Below, piece after piece: positions 20,727 to 30,506 of a stretch of 64,000 nucleotides of DNA. The notes beneath the pieces were generated by a model. The model saw only the letters and a program-made list of their open reading frames with translations. It had not been told where the DNA came from and ran no database searches. The stretch comes from Candidatus Heimdallarchaeota archaeon (GTDB taxonomy: Archaea > Asgardarchaeota > Heimdallarchaeia > JABLTI01), in contig JAHLVW010000025.1 in assembly GCA_019058275.1 (NCBI GenBank), positions 1 through 64,000 of the forward strand. The letters run 5' to 3'. The first letter of the stretch is position 1, and each line of letters starts with the position of its first letter. Both the position numbers and the translations under genes were made by a program.

Positions 20727-21166
20727 CTAAAATAAAAAATTCCTTCAACAAAAAAGGACAATTATTCCTAATAGAAGTCTTCATTGCTTTATCAGTGTTA
20801 ATACTAATGATGATTGCTATCTACCAAGTGGAATTTACATCTGACCCCACTTATCAAGATGATCTTTCAGAAATTGGATATAATGCATTGGAATCAATGA
20901 ATAAAGCTGGAAATTTGAAACCTTTTGTCTATAAGATACAAACCTCAGAATTTGCTGATAATCTAGAAAACATTTTACCAGAAAACGTTCTCTGGCGCTT
21001 ATCTGTTGATGATGATATTGGTAATAATATCTTCCAAATTTATTTGGATAGAACACCACCAGCAGATGTATCAGTAGGAGTTACTGATTACTTTTTGTTT
21101 GGTTACGAATCAGACTTAAATCAATTTAGAGTAATTCACTTGGTATTATGGAGATTATTGGGGTGA
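20714..21166 (+). CDS. Type IV pilin-like protein (class III signal peptide)
   Basis: NKKG|QLFLIE followed by a hydrophobic helix. Confidence 0.75.
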   Translation: MGRLTKIKNSFNKKGQLFLIEVFIALSVLILMMIAIYQVEFTSDPTYQDDLSEIGYNALESMNKAGNLKPFVYKIQTSEFADNLENILPENVLWRLSVDDDIGNNIFQIYLDRTPPADVSVGVTDYFLFGYESDLNQFRVIHLVLWRLLG

Positions 21167-21170
21167 TAGC

Positions 21171-21866
21171 ATGACTAAAAGCAAAGGAATCCTAAAAGGA
21201 AAAAGGAAAGGACAAATCTTTCTAGTATGCACAGTTATTATGATAATATACATGCTTTCATTTGTCAACATTATTTATGAGTTAAATAAAACACAATACA
21301 CCAAAGCAATAGACACACAAGAGTTTCAAGCTGCTTATGAAAATTTCAAAACAGAAACTAATAACTTTGTTATAGCAATGCTAGCAAATTATTCTCTAAT
21401 TACAACAGTTATTGATAGTAATGCTACTGCAGGAACAATTTTGCAAAACTGGCTTGATTTTGCTGAAATGCAAATGATTAGCAAGGGGTACGTAGCTGTT
21501 TTTGAAATAGATGAGATCGTACCTGTAATCTTGCCTATCTTACTTGCCAATGTTAACGGTCGTCTTACATTTATTGGAGATGTTGATGTTTACATGGAAA
21601 GCAATTATATGACTATTGATACACAATTCAGCTTTAATCTAAACTACACTATCAGCTATGTGAATACAGCAATAAATGCAATAATTGAATTCTCCTCTCA
21701 ATCACTACTCGGAATTAGCTATATTGGTTATGCACAAGTCACAATTAATGGTTTACCAACAACAAACCTCAATAATGGAACATATATTTATTCTGCACCA
21801 CTTGCACCAGGAGATATTATTCAGGGTGTAACTGCAGAACAGATTATTGTGATAAGAACAGCATAA
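21171..21866 (+). CDS. Type IV pilin-like protein (class III signal peptide)
   Basis: KRKG|QIFL followed by a hydrophobic helix. Confidence 0.72.
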   Translation: MTKSKGILKGKRKGQIFLVCTVIMIIYMLSFVNIIYELNKTQYTKAIDTQEFQAAYENFKTETNNFVIAMLANYSLITTVIDSNATAGTILQNWLDFAEMQMISKGYVAVFEIDEIVPVILPILLANVNGRLTFIGDVDVYMESNYMTIDTQFSFNLNYTISYVNTAINAIIEFSSQSLLGISYIGYAQVTINGLPTTNLNNGTYIYSAPLAPGDIIQGVTAEQIIVIRTA

Positions 21867-21889
21867 ACTTCATTCTTTTCTCTTTTTAG

Positions 21890-22471
21890 CTATATATTTG
21901 CTTGAATTGTAATTTGTACTGCTTTTTTTATCAAGTTTAAAGGTATTGAAGGCAAGTATGGAATATGTATAAAACCATACTTGATTTTCTCATGCTTTTT
22001 GCTAGAATATAGATAATGCATGATTCCATAAATTAAGTTATTACAAACATATGTACCAGCTGAAAATGAAACCTTTGCTGGTATTTCTGCTTCTTTTATA
22101 CTTTCCACAGTATTACTAATTTTGATCGTTGTAAAATAAGCTGCTGGTCCAGTTGGATCAATCATCTCTTCATTTGGCTGATTGCCTTCGTTGTCAGCGA
22201 TTCTAGCATGATTAATATTGATTCCCAATTTTTCAACATTAATAGCATTTCGATCACCTGCTTGTCCTAAAGAAATAACTAACTCTGGTTGCTCCCTTTC
22301 AATTGCTGCTTTTAATGCTTCTATAGCTTTTCCGAAAACTACAGGTAAAATTAGAGTAACCAGATTTACATTAGGTATTTTTTCATTTGCTAAAGCTTTT
22401 ACTACCTCTAATGCTAGATTTACAGTATCATTTCCAAAAGGTTCAAAACCAGTAACAAGAACTTTTTTCAT
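21890..22471 (-). CDS. pcp: Pyroglutamyl-peptidase I
   Basis: MKKVLVTGFEPF, LGQAG, SAGTYVCN, GFIHIP; start reassigned to 22471. Confidence 0.93.
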   Translation of the reverse strand: MKKVLVTGFEPFGNDTVNLALEVVKALANEKIPNVNLVTLILPVVFGKAIEALKAAIEREQPELVISLGQAGDRNAINVEKLGININHARIADNEGNQPNEEMIDPTGPAAYFTTIKISNTVESIKEAEIPAKVSFSAGTYVCNNLIYGIMHYLYSSKKHEKIKYGFIHIPYLPSIPLNLIKKAVQITIQANI

Positions 22472-22614
22472 TGTTTTTCCCGCAAAACAAGTATCAAAAC
22501 AACTAAATAAAACAGTTTTGGCTAAAGCTAGAATTTGATGATTTAGAAACGTTAATAGGTATTGATACAAAAGATTCTTTGTTAATAATCTATTATTTTA
22601 TTGGAGCATGAATA

Positions 22615-23382
22615 ATGAGCACAGAAGAAGTTATTATTCGTTGTCCTATTTGTAATGAGACTTCTCCTCAAGGTTACCTTTTATGCCCATTTTGTGGTGC
22701 TGATTTAACGAAAACATATGAAGCAAAAATTTTTGCTCCAGTGACCTACAAAGAAGTTTGGTATAGATTTAAAGCCCTTGTCATGACGCCTAGAGTGATT
22801 TCCAATGAAATTGCTGAAAACCCAGACTCAAAGGGTGGATTTCTATTTATCATTGCTATTGCACTAGGTTTAGCAACACAATTATCAGCTTATATTATAC
22901 ATGCTCGAGTATTGGATTGGAAATTTTATCCAGTAATATTTCTTTTAGGATGGATTTTTACTTTAATACTTCCAACACTTATTTGGTTTTTAGGAAGTTG
23001 GATTATTCGTACTATGACTAGATTACTTGGTGGAAAAGGAAACAGGAAGCAAATAAGAGCTGCAGTTGGTTACGGATTAATGCCTGTTGTTTTTGTAGAA
23101 CTGCTAATAGGAATTTTTCAGTTAATAGCTCTACCCTGGGGTTTAGATCCAGATCCAAGTAGTTTTCTTGAAATTTTCAATGCGATGGCAGATTTAAGAA
23201 ACTCATTTGCAGGTATTTTTGGAATAGTTTTACACTTTTCAGGATTTTTGGTAGCAGGAGTGTATATTGTATTTATTCTAAAACCAGCCAGTGAATTCTC
23301 GTGGATCGAAGCAGCAATCTCTGCTGGTGTACCATTATTACTTTTCACGATTCTATTGATTACTTACTATGTTGGAACATAA
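22615..23382 (+). CDS. Zn-ribbon plus Yip1-family membrane protein
   Basis: CPIC..CPFC N-terminus; RLLGGKG...R.AVGY..P Yip1 motif; about 5 TM helices. Confidence 0.78.
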   Translation: MSTEEVIIRCPICNETSPQGYLLCPFCGADLTKTYEAKIFAPVTYKEVWYRFKALVMTPRVISNEIAENPDSKGGFLFIIAIALGLATQLSAYIIHARVLDWKFYPVIFLLGWIFTLILPTLIWFLGSWIIRTMTRLLGGKGNRKQIRAAVGYGLMPVVFVELLIGIFQLIALPWGLDPDPSSFLEIFNAMADLRNSFAGIFGIVLHFSGFLVAGVYIVFILKPASEFSWIEAAISAGVPLLLFTILLITYYVGT

Positions 23383-23485
23383 GTTTATTTATTTACATGC
23401 TAACAAGTTAAAACACAAAATGCTTTTTGCCATATTAATTGTATAATGATTATACTTTAACAAAGATGTTGAAAGTGATAATTTA

Positions 23486-25414
23486 ATGCCCAAAGAAGAG
23501 ATTCTTGTGAAAGAAGAAGAAAAAAAAGAGAAGCTAGAGGAAGAAATTGAAACTAAGGAAGAAGAGGGGAAAAAAGAGAAAGATACACGCACACCAGAAG
23601 AAAAGAAAGCAAGAAAAAAGAAAATAGTTAGAACTTCTCTAATAGCTTTAGCAATTATTGGACTAGCAATTGGGGCTGCTTTTCTAGGTCCAACAAATAT
23701 GGAACCTGGTTATTATCAAGTTCAACTCACTTTCAATATTAATCAACAAGAATATATTGTAGACTTTAACATTACCATGGCTAACAAAGCTATCACAGAT
23801 AAGATTGAGATTATAAAACCTTTAGGCAGTAGTAACAATTCATGTTTAATATCAGTTAATCAAGCATATCAATCATCAACACGCTCAAAAGTTGAGTATA
23901 GAGTTGGTTTACTTGATAATCAGAACAACTCATACCTGAACCTTGAGTTAAATTACGTTACCAGTGAAATTTTTGGAGAGAACATGGAAAGGAAAGTTCG
24001 TCCTACAAAAATTGAAACAATCCATAGTTCAGAATTTGATAAGGATATTAATGTTATATACTTTAGCATGGCAGTTCCTTACAAATCAGGCACAGCAATA
24101 TCTTTACTGGTATTGATTGCTGGACTTTGGATTACAGAAATAGTACCTACGATTGTTGGCTCTTTTCTTGTGCCAATCATTGTTATCATTTCAGGAATAT
24201 CTAGTAGTGCGGATGCATTACAACCATTTTTCGATCCAGTCATTGCTTTATTCTTTGGTGGTTTTATCATTGCTGAAGCTCTTAAAAAACACAATATTGA
24301 TCGTCGTTTGGCACTTGGTATTGTTAGCAAAGCTAGCATGAAACCTTCTTTACTTATCTTTATTTTGATGGGCGTTTCAGCATTTCTTTCGATGTGGATG
24401 AGTAATACAGCAAGTGCAGCAGTTATGATTCCAATTGCAATAGCGTTAGTAAATCAAATAGAAAGTAGTGGTCGGGAAGGTGATACTACACGATTTAAGA
24501 AAGCTCTAATTCTTGGAATAGGTTATGCTGCTACCACAGGAGGTATTGCTTCAGTTATTGGTACTCCTGCAAATCCAATCGCAATTGCTGGATTATCTAA
24601 TGTTGGGATTGATATATCCTTCTTAAAATGGATGGGGTTTGGTTTACCTTTTGTGTTTATTATGATTTTTTTGATTTGGGGTTACCTTATGTTGATTTTT
24701 AGACCTAAAGTTTCTAAAGAAAGTTTGTTAGAAGTTCAGGTTGTTTTCAAAGATGATTTAAAGAAAATGGGGAAGATGGGGAAGAAAGAATGGATTACGG
24801 TAATTATCTTCTTGTTCACTATTATCTTATGGTTAATAGCTACTCCTTTAAGGAATTGGACTAATGGTGCTATAGCGTTAAGTTCTGGAATAATCGCGAT
24901 TGTTGCTGTTGTTCTCATTTTTGGGGTTAATTTGTTGGAACCTAAAGATGTTAAGAAGATTAATTGGAATGCACTTTTCCTTTTTGGTGGAGGGTTATGT
25001 TTAGGAGATGCTTTAGTGGCGACTGGTATTGGTGATTGGATTGCTTCTAATATGGGCATAATTGAAGGTAAGCATTTCATTATTGTTGCGCTGATTGTTG
25101 GAGGTACTTCTCTATTAGTAACAGCAGTTGCAAGTAACACAGCAAGTGCTGCAATGCTAATTCCATTAGTTATTCCTATAGCAATTAGTTTACAGATGGA
25201 TCCAATAATGCTTGCAGTAATTGTCGCAATTGGCTCTAGTATAGATTATGCGCTAGTGTTCGGCACTCCGCCTACTATGATAAGTTATTCCACGGGATAC
25301 TTTAGTGTAAAAGAAATTTTCCGGATAGGTTCAATTTTGGATCTCATAGGAATATTGCTACTATCAACTGTTTCAGTATTCCTTTGGGTTGCATTTGGTT
25401 TAATTGCAGTATAA
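23486..25414 (+). CDS. DASS/SLC13 sodium:dicarboxylate or sulfate symporter with an extra N-terminal domain
   Basis: LSMWMSNTAS, IGTPAN, ASNTASA, GTPPT motifs. Confidence 0.9.
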   Translation: MPKEEILVKEEEKKEKLEEEIETKEEEGKKEKDTRTPEEKKARKKKIVRTSLIALAIIGLAIGAAFLGPTNMEPGYYQVQLTFNINQQEYIVDFNITMANKAITDKIEIIKPLGSSNNSCLISVNQAYQSSTRSKVEYRVGLLDNQNNSYLNLELNYVTSEIFGENMERKVRPTKIETIHSSEFDKDINVIYFSMAVPYKSGTAISLLVLIAGLWITEIVPTIVGSFLVPIIVIISGISSSADALQPFFDPVIALFFGGFIIAEALKKHNIDRRLALGIVSKASMKPSLLIFILMGVSAFLSMWMSNTASAAVMIPIAIALVNQIESSGREGDTTRFKKALILGIGYAATTGGIASVIGTPANPIAIAGLSNVGIDISFLKWMGFGLPFVFIMIFLIWGYLMLIFRPKVSKESLLEVQVVFKDDLKKMGKMGKKEWITVIIFLFTIILWLIATPLRNWTNGAIALSSGIIAIVAVVLIFGVNLLEPKDVKKINWNALFLFGGGLCLGDALVATGIGDWIASNMGIIEGKHFIIVALIVGGTSLLVTAVASNTASAAMLIPLVIPIAISLQMDPIMLAVIVAIGSSIDYALVFGTPPTMISYSTGYFSVKEIFRIGSILDLIGILLLSTVSVFLWVAFGLIAV

Positions 25415-25459
25415 ATTGATTATTGATATCTACTAATCTAAATATTAGACAATAAAATA

Positions 25460-26398
25460 TCAGAATCCAAAGAAGTTTTTGTTATTGTTTTTAGGTGAAA
25501 GTATTTTGATTTTTCCAGATTCATTGATTAGAGCTATTTTTGCTTTTACATAATTGTAAAACTCTTCGGACGTAAAGAGACTTAATAATTGCTCATCAAA
25601 GAAATATTTTGCTCCTTCTGGAAATGCTTCATGAGCTCTTATTATTTTCTTTAGATTATTTATTTGTAGAAAATTAGAAACTATTTCTGAACCAAATGTA
25701 TAGATATCATTGCCTCTTAAGCTAGAGCTATATTGATCAAGGGCTTCCTTTGGGTCATTCCAAAGTAATTGCTTAATCAATGGATTTTTGAGCATTTGAT
25801 CTCCTTTTGGCAATTGCTTTATTTCATTTAAAGTACAAGAATCTATTGGAATCCCACCATGAACAAAGAAAAATCTTAGTTTCTCATGAACAATTGCGAC
25901 TGGCATATTGCTGAATGTTTTATTATAACGAACATATAACTTAGGAATGTTATTTGGATTATACAATTCCTCATCTTGACTTTGAAAAATCATTACTTCT
26001 TGTAAAAAACCATAACGTGAATTTACTGATAAGGCTTCATGATTCCCTCTCACAATATGAACTCTTTCTGGATATTGTATAATTAATGCAAATAATAAAT
26101 TTAAACAAGCAATGGAATTTGAACCTCTATCTACTATATCACCTAGAAAGATTAGATGTTCAATATCCTTTTTATCTCTAAAAAGTGAAATAATGCTTTT
26201 CATTATTTCAAAATCACCATGGATATCACCTGCAACTAGTATGCTACCTGATTTGATTCGTTCTAAAATTGGTTTTTTTTCAAGTATTGAATCATAATCA
26301 TCGATGAGTTGTGTCACTCCTTTTTCATCTAATTCCAGTGCAAGATTGTAATTTTCTAATATTTTTCTTGAGAGAGCACCAGTGGATTTCTTATTCAT
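25460..26398 (-). CDS. PPP-family Ser/Thr protein phosphatase
   Basis: GDIHG, GDIVDRG, RGNHE, HGGI, LLWNDP, IRAHE. Confidence 0.92.
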   Translation of the reverse strand: MNKKSTGALSRKILENYNLALELDEKGVTQLIDDYDSILEKKPILERIKSGSILVAGDIHGDFEIMKSIISLFRDKKDIEHLIFLGDIVDRGSNSIACLNLLFALIIQYPERVHIVRGNHEALSVNSRYGFLQEVMIFQSQDEELYNPNNIPKLYVRYNKTFSNMPVAIVHEKLRFFFVHGGIPIDSCTLNEIKQLPKGDQMLKNPLIKQLLWNDPKEALDQYSSSLRGNDIYTFGSEIVSNFLQINNLKKIIRAHEAFPEGAKYFFDEQLLSLFTSEEFYNYVKAKIALINESGKIKILSPKNNNKNFFGF

Positions 26399-26453
26399 AG
26401 CATCACAACGGAAGATAATGAGTAAAATTATGTACGAGGTTTTAAGGAATATG

Positions 26454-27707
26454 TTAGTTATTTAAAAAATCAGATATTTTCAATTTAGCATAACATTTAG
26501 GACAAGCACCTTGTACTTTAATCCATTCTACAAAATGAGAATAATGTGCCAAACTTTGGCAACTTGGACAGGAAACAAATCTTTGTCCTTTCTTTATTTG
26601 TTTTCTACAAACAACACATTTTTCTGACATATCCTCGGAAGCAATTTCCTCGCCACTTGTTTGAGTAGCGATTTGTGAACCGATTCTTCTTAATGCATTT
26701 ACATATCCTTGTCTTTTTACTGGATTATTTGTTGTATCTGCTGCTTTATCGTAATAGGTAACTGCTTCAGATGGTCTTCCACTTCTTTCTAGAACAGCAG
26801 CTATTTCAGCATACAAATCAGATATTGCTATTGCAGGAAAGCTATCGGATATTTGATCAATCATATTTTCTGCACTTTCAACACTTCCATCTGCAGCATA
26901 TTCTCTGAATCTATCTAACAAATCGAAGTTCTTTAATCTCTCCTCTACACGTAAGGCATCTTTTGGTTGATTAGAATCATCGTATGCCTTAACTGCTTGT
27001 TCAAATGCTTTTTTAGCAGTCTCTATTTTTCCTTCCTTTAATGCTTGTTCTCCACGATTCTCCTGTGATTCTCCAACGAGATCATGACGTCCAACAGAGT
27101 CATATAAAGTAGCAGCAACCTCAGGTCGTTCTATTGCACCAAATTCATGAGCTGCAACTGCAACTATTGCGTCAGCTTCATCTACTAAACCTATTGCACG
27201 TAATAGATCTGCAGCTGTTGTGTATTTTCCTCTATTAAATGAATATTGGGAAAGTCTTCTAACAGTACTTTCTTGCTGATTAATTGGAATATATCGAACA
27301 ATTTCTATAGCATTTCTAGGATCATTTACATCGATGAACATTTTCACTGCATCAAAATAAGCGCCTGCAAGTAAGTAAGCGATTTTTGCCCTTTCTTGAT
27401 TACTTCTTTCATACCTTCTCCCAGTTTTAATCCAAAAAAGTTGGGCACTTTGATTACCTAATTGCTGTTGTATCATTGTTTCATATAATGGCTTCTTCTC
27501 TGGTGGAGTTTGGAAGTACAAATCAGCAGCTTCTGCTTCTTTTTTCTGTTGGAATAATAATTTTCCTGCTGACAGATAATCTCCATGATCAAGATATGTT
27601 TGTATTGCTCTTTTGGGTTGTTTTTTACCTTTTCTTCTTGCAGAAGAGATAATAATAAAGAGCATAATTACTCCAAAGATTATCAAGAATATGTGCCAAG
27701 GTTCCAT
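26454..27707 (-). CDS. Membrane-anchored TPR/alpha-solenoid protein with a C-terminal RING finger
   Basis: N-terminal TM helix, helical repeats, CVVC-x12-CPSC-x4-H-x2-H-x3-W-x6-CPKC. Confidence 0.8.
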   Translation of the reverse strand: MEPWHIFLIIFGVIMLFIIISSARRKGKKQPKRAIQTYLDHGDYLSAGKLLFQQKKEAEAADLYFQTPPEKKPLYETMIQQQLGNQSAQLFWIKTGRRYERSNQERAKIAYLLAGAYFDAVKMFIDVNDPRNAIEIVRYIPINQQESTVRRLSQYSFNRGKYTTAADLLRAIGLVDEADAIVAVAAHEFGAIERPEVAATLYDSVGRHDLVGESQENRGEQALKEGKIETAKKAFEQAVKAYDDSNQPKDALRVEERLKNFDLLDRFREYAADGSVESAENMIDQISDSFPAIAISDLYAEIAAVLERSGRPSEAVTYYDKAADTTNNPVKRQGYVNALRRIGSQIATQTSGEEIASEDMSEKCVVCRKQIKKGQRFVSCPSCQSLAHYSHFVEWIKVQGACPKCYAKLKISDFLNN

Positions 27708-27840
27708 TTTGTTGCTAATTTCCCATAAGCTATTTTGATATTAATTTAATTTGAACATATTTGTATTAATACATTTGTTTTCATAACATTCATACTTTTT
27801 TTTTTGAGAAAAATCTATGAAGTGTACTTTCTGATGCAAA

Positions 27841-29658
27841 TCACTTATGTGCCAAATTTACCAAAATTTTTCCTTTTTGTTTCCCATCGATTCTTACAAA
27901 ACCATACCTTTCAAATTGGACTAGATCGTCTACCTGTAAGTTTTTGATACTAATTTCTCCAACACCCTCATCAAATCTTAAGCTATTCTCATTGTATTTA
28001 TCAGCAATAAAGAGAACATCTGGAACTTTTACTTGAACATGTATGTATTTTGATGGTTCTGCAACGACCCATTGTATTTTTGGTCCAGGTTTTAATTTCT
28101 CACCTGAATACTCAACAATCATATGTGTTGAATATTCTTTTAGAAATTCTAATTTTGAGGTTTTATTTCCAAGTAAATCTTTTTCTAAAGCTAAATCAGC
28201 AGCTCTTTTAGTAATTTTCACATTGTAAAGATTCTTCAATCGAAACTCATCATTTTTTTTCAAATGATCATAATCACTTCTAGGAATGAAGAAAATATTT
28301 GTTGTTTTTATTTTTCTTACACCCCTTTTAGGGTCTTCTGGATGAAGGGGAATTTCACATTTTCTCGATTCAGCACTTTTCACAAAAAGAACAACTGGAT
28401 CTGGGACAAAGAAGTATCGATTTGCAGTTAGATCGATTAATTTTCTATTAGTTGCTGATATTAAACTCCAATCAATGTTTGTAGGTTGTGTTGTCATTCC
28501 AACTTCTGTTGCTATCTGCTTTATTGTTTCAGGAATGATACCACGACGCTTCAAACCTTTTATAGTTACAAGTCTTATGTCATCCCAGCCCTCAACTTTT
28601 CCTTCTTCAACTAATGGTATTATTTTCCTTTTTGATGCTGGACTTCCAACAACATTGAATCTCGCATAGTGAAAAATATCAGGATGTGGAACTAAATTCA
28701 GAAGTTCTCTGATCTTGTTTTGTAGTTCAATTCTGGTATCAAACTCTGCACTACGACCTACATGAGTAACCCCACAAATTTTATCTTCTACTGCAACAGC
28801 AAAATCGTATAAAGGCCATACTTTGTATTTTGTTCCTTGTAAACAATGTTCATCCTTTCTTATTGTAAAAATTACTGGATCACGCATTACTGCATTTTTA
28901 TTTTCCATATCTCCCCTTAAACGTAAAACCATTTTCCCTTCTTCATATTCCCCTTTAAGCATTTTTTTCCAATCTTTCATTGTATCAGCAGGTTTCTTGT
29001 TTGCATGTTCACATAATTTCATTTGCGATCGTAATTCTCTCATTTCTTCAACAGGACAAGTGCAAGTATATGCATGGTTATTCTTGATTAATTCTTCAGC
29101 CTTTTCATAAAAAATGAGCATATCATTGGAAACTATCACTTCTTTTGATGGTGTAAAACCAAGCCAATCTAAAGCTTCTCTGTGTGCTACCATATATTCT
29201 ATTCTTTCTTGTTTTGGGTTTGTATCTTCAAATCTTAAAATGAATGTACCCTTGTATTTTTGAGCATAATAATGAGCAAAGAATGCTGTATATGCATGAC
29301 CGAGATGCATGTCTCCATTTGGCTCTGGGGCATATCTAGTAACCACTTTCGCAGTTTGAGCATTTTTTAGGGGTGGTAATTCATAAATTCTTTTTGTTGG
29401 ACCTTTTTTCTCTAAGAGCTCTGGTGCTATTTTCTCTAATTTCTTAGTTTGAGCTTCTACACTTAGTTCATTAATAGATGGTACAATTTCTTCAACAAGG
29501 TCTTTAATTTTTTTAGATTCTTTTCGTAGCTTTGTATGTGTAGCCATTATTTTTTGCATTACAGATTTCTCACTTGCTTTTCCATTGTGATTAACTGCGT
29601 TTTCTAGCGTGTATTTTAGCACCGTTTCCTTTATTTTATCAATTTCTTTTTTTGACAA
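27841..29658 (-). CDS. gltX: Glutamyl-tRNA synthetase (archaeal)
   Basis: RYAPEPNG.MHLGH, LRFEDTNP, RDPV, WPLYDF, QFERYGF. Confidence 0.95.
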   Translation of the reverse strand: MSKKEIDKIKETVLKYTLENAVNHNGKASEKSVMQKIMATHTKLRKESKKIKDLVEEIVPSINELSVEAQTKKLEKIAPELLEKKGPTKRIYELPPLKNAQTAKVVTRYAPEPNGDMHLGHAYTAFFAHYYAQKYKGTFILRFEDTNPKQERIEYMVAHREALDWLGFTPSKEVIVSNDMLIFYEKAEELIKNNHAYTCTCPVEEMRELRSQMKLCEHANKKPADTMKDWKKMLKGEYEEGKMVLRLRGDMENKNAVMRDPVIFTIRKDEHCLQGTKYKVWPLYDFAVAVEDKICGVTHVGRSAEFDTRIELQNKIRELLNLVPHPDIFHYARFNVVGSPASKRKIIPLVEEGKVEGWDDIRLVTIKGLKRRGIIPETIKQIATEVGMTTQPTNIDWSLISATNRKLIDLTANRYFFVPDPVVLFVKSAESRKCEIPLHPEDPKRGVRKIKTTNIFFIPRSDYDHLKKNDEFRLKNLYNVKITKRAADLALEKDLLGNKTSKLEFLKEYSTHMIVEYSGEKLKPGPKIQWVVAEPSKYIHVQVKVPDVLFIADKYNENSLRFDEGVGEISIKNLQVDDLVQFERYGFVRIDGKQKGKILVNLAHK

Positions 29659-29797
29659 TATTTTTGCCCCTAAATTCTTATTTCTCCTACTTACGATTCC
29701 GAAGTAAGATTCCTTTAAATATTTCTTTCATGCAGCTTTCGTATTAGCAAATTCTTCAAAGAAATCTACATTTAGTTGGAAAAAAAGGTTAAAGAAG

Positions 29798-30493
29798 CTA
29801 TGTTTGCTTCTTTAAGATAATTCGTGCATCTACTCCAAATACACCATCTTCATTAGCGATTATTGGGTTTAGATCTATTTCTATAATGTAATCTTCTAAC
29901 TTAATTGCTAGCTCTGAAACTTTCACAATCATTTCTGCTAGTGCATTTCTATCCACAGGAGGTAAACCTCTAAATCCATTAAGCATTTTTTGAGTTTTGA
30001 TGTCATTAATCATTCTTAGAGCTCTTTCTTTTGTAGTTGGACATGTTCGAAAAGTAACATCACTGATCGCTTCAACAAGAATACCGCCTATACCAAAAGC
30101 AACTACTGGCCCAAATGTAGGATCAACGTTCATTCCTATCAAAACTTCTGTTCCTTTCTTTACTTGTTTTTCAACTAAAATGCCTACTAAACCATACTTT
30201 TCAAGTCGTGCAACCATATCGTTGTATTTTTCTTTTAATTCAATCTCATCATTGATTCCTACAACTACTGCTTTGTAATCAGATTTATGGAGAATTTTAG
30301 AAGACATTGCTTTAATTACAACTGGGTAACCCACTTTTTTTGCGAATGATACAGCATCATTTTGGTTTTTCGCTAAGGTATTTGGTGGAAAAGTAACTCC
30401 TACACTTTCAAATATTTTCAACGCTTCATGTTCTAAAAGAAAATTGCGTTTTTCTTTTAAAGCTACTTCAATTGGGCTTTTATCAATTTTCAT
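29798..30493 (-). CDS. acdB: Acetate-CoA ligase (ADP-forming) beta subunit
   Basis: ATP-grasp fold: GYPVVIK, HKSD, DPTFGP, DLNPI, VDARI. Confidence 0.9.
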   Translation of the reverse strand: MKIDKSPIEVALKEKRNFLLEHEALKIFESVGVTFPPNTLAKNQNDAVSFAKKVGYPVVIKAMSSKILHKSDYKAVVVGINDEIELKEKYNDMVARLEKYGLVGILVEKQVKKGTEVLIGMNVDPTFGPVVAFGIGGILVEAISDVTFRTCPTTKERALRMINDIKTQKMLNGFRGLPPVDRNALAEMIVKVSELAIKLEDYIIEIDLNPIIANEDGVFGVDARIILKKQT

Positions 30494-30506
30494 TTTCCAA
30501 TCACCT

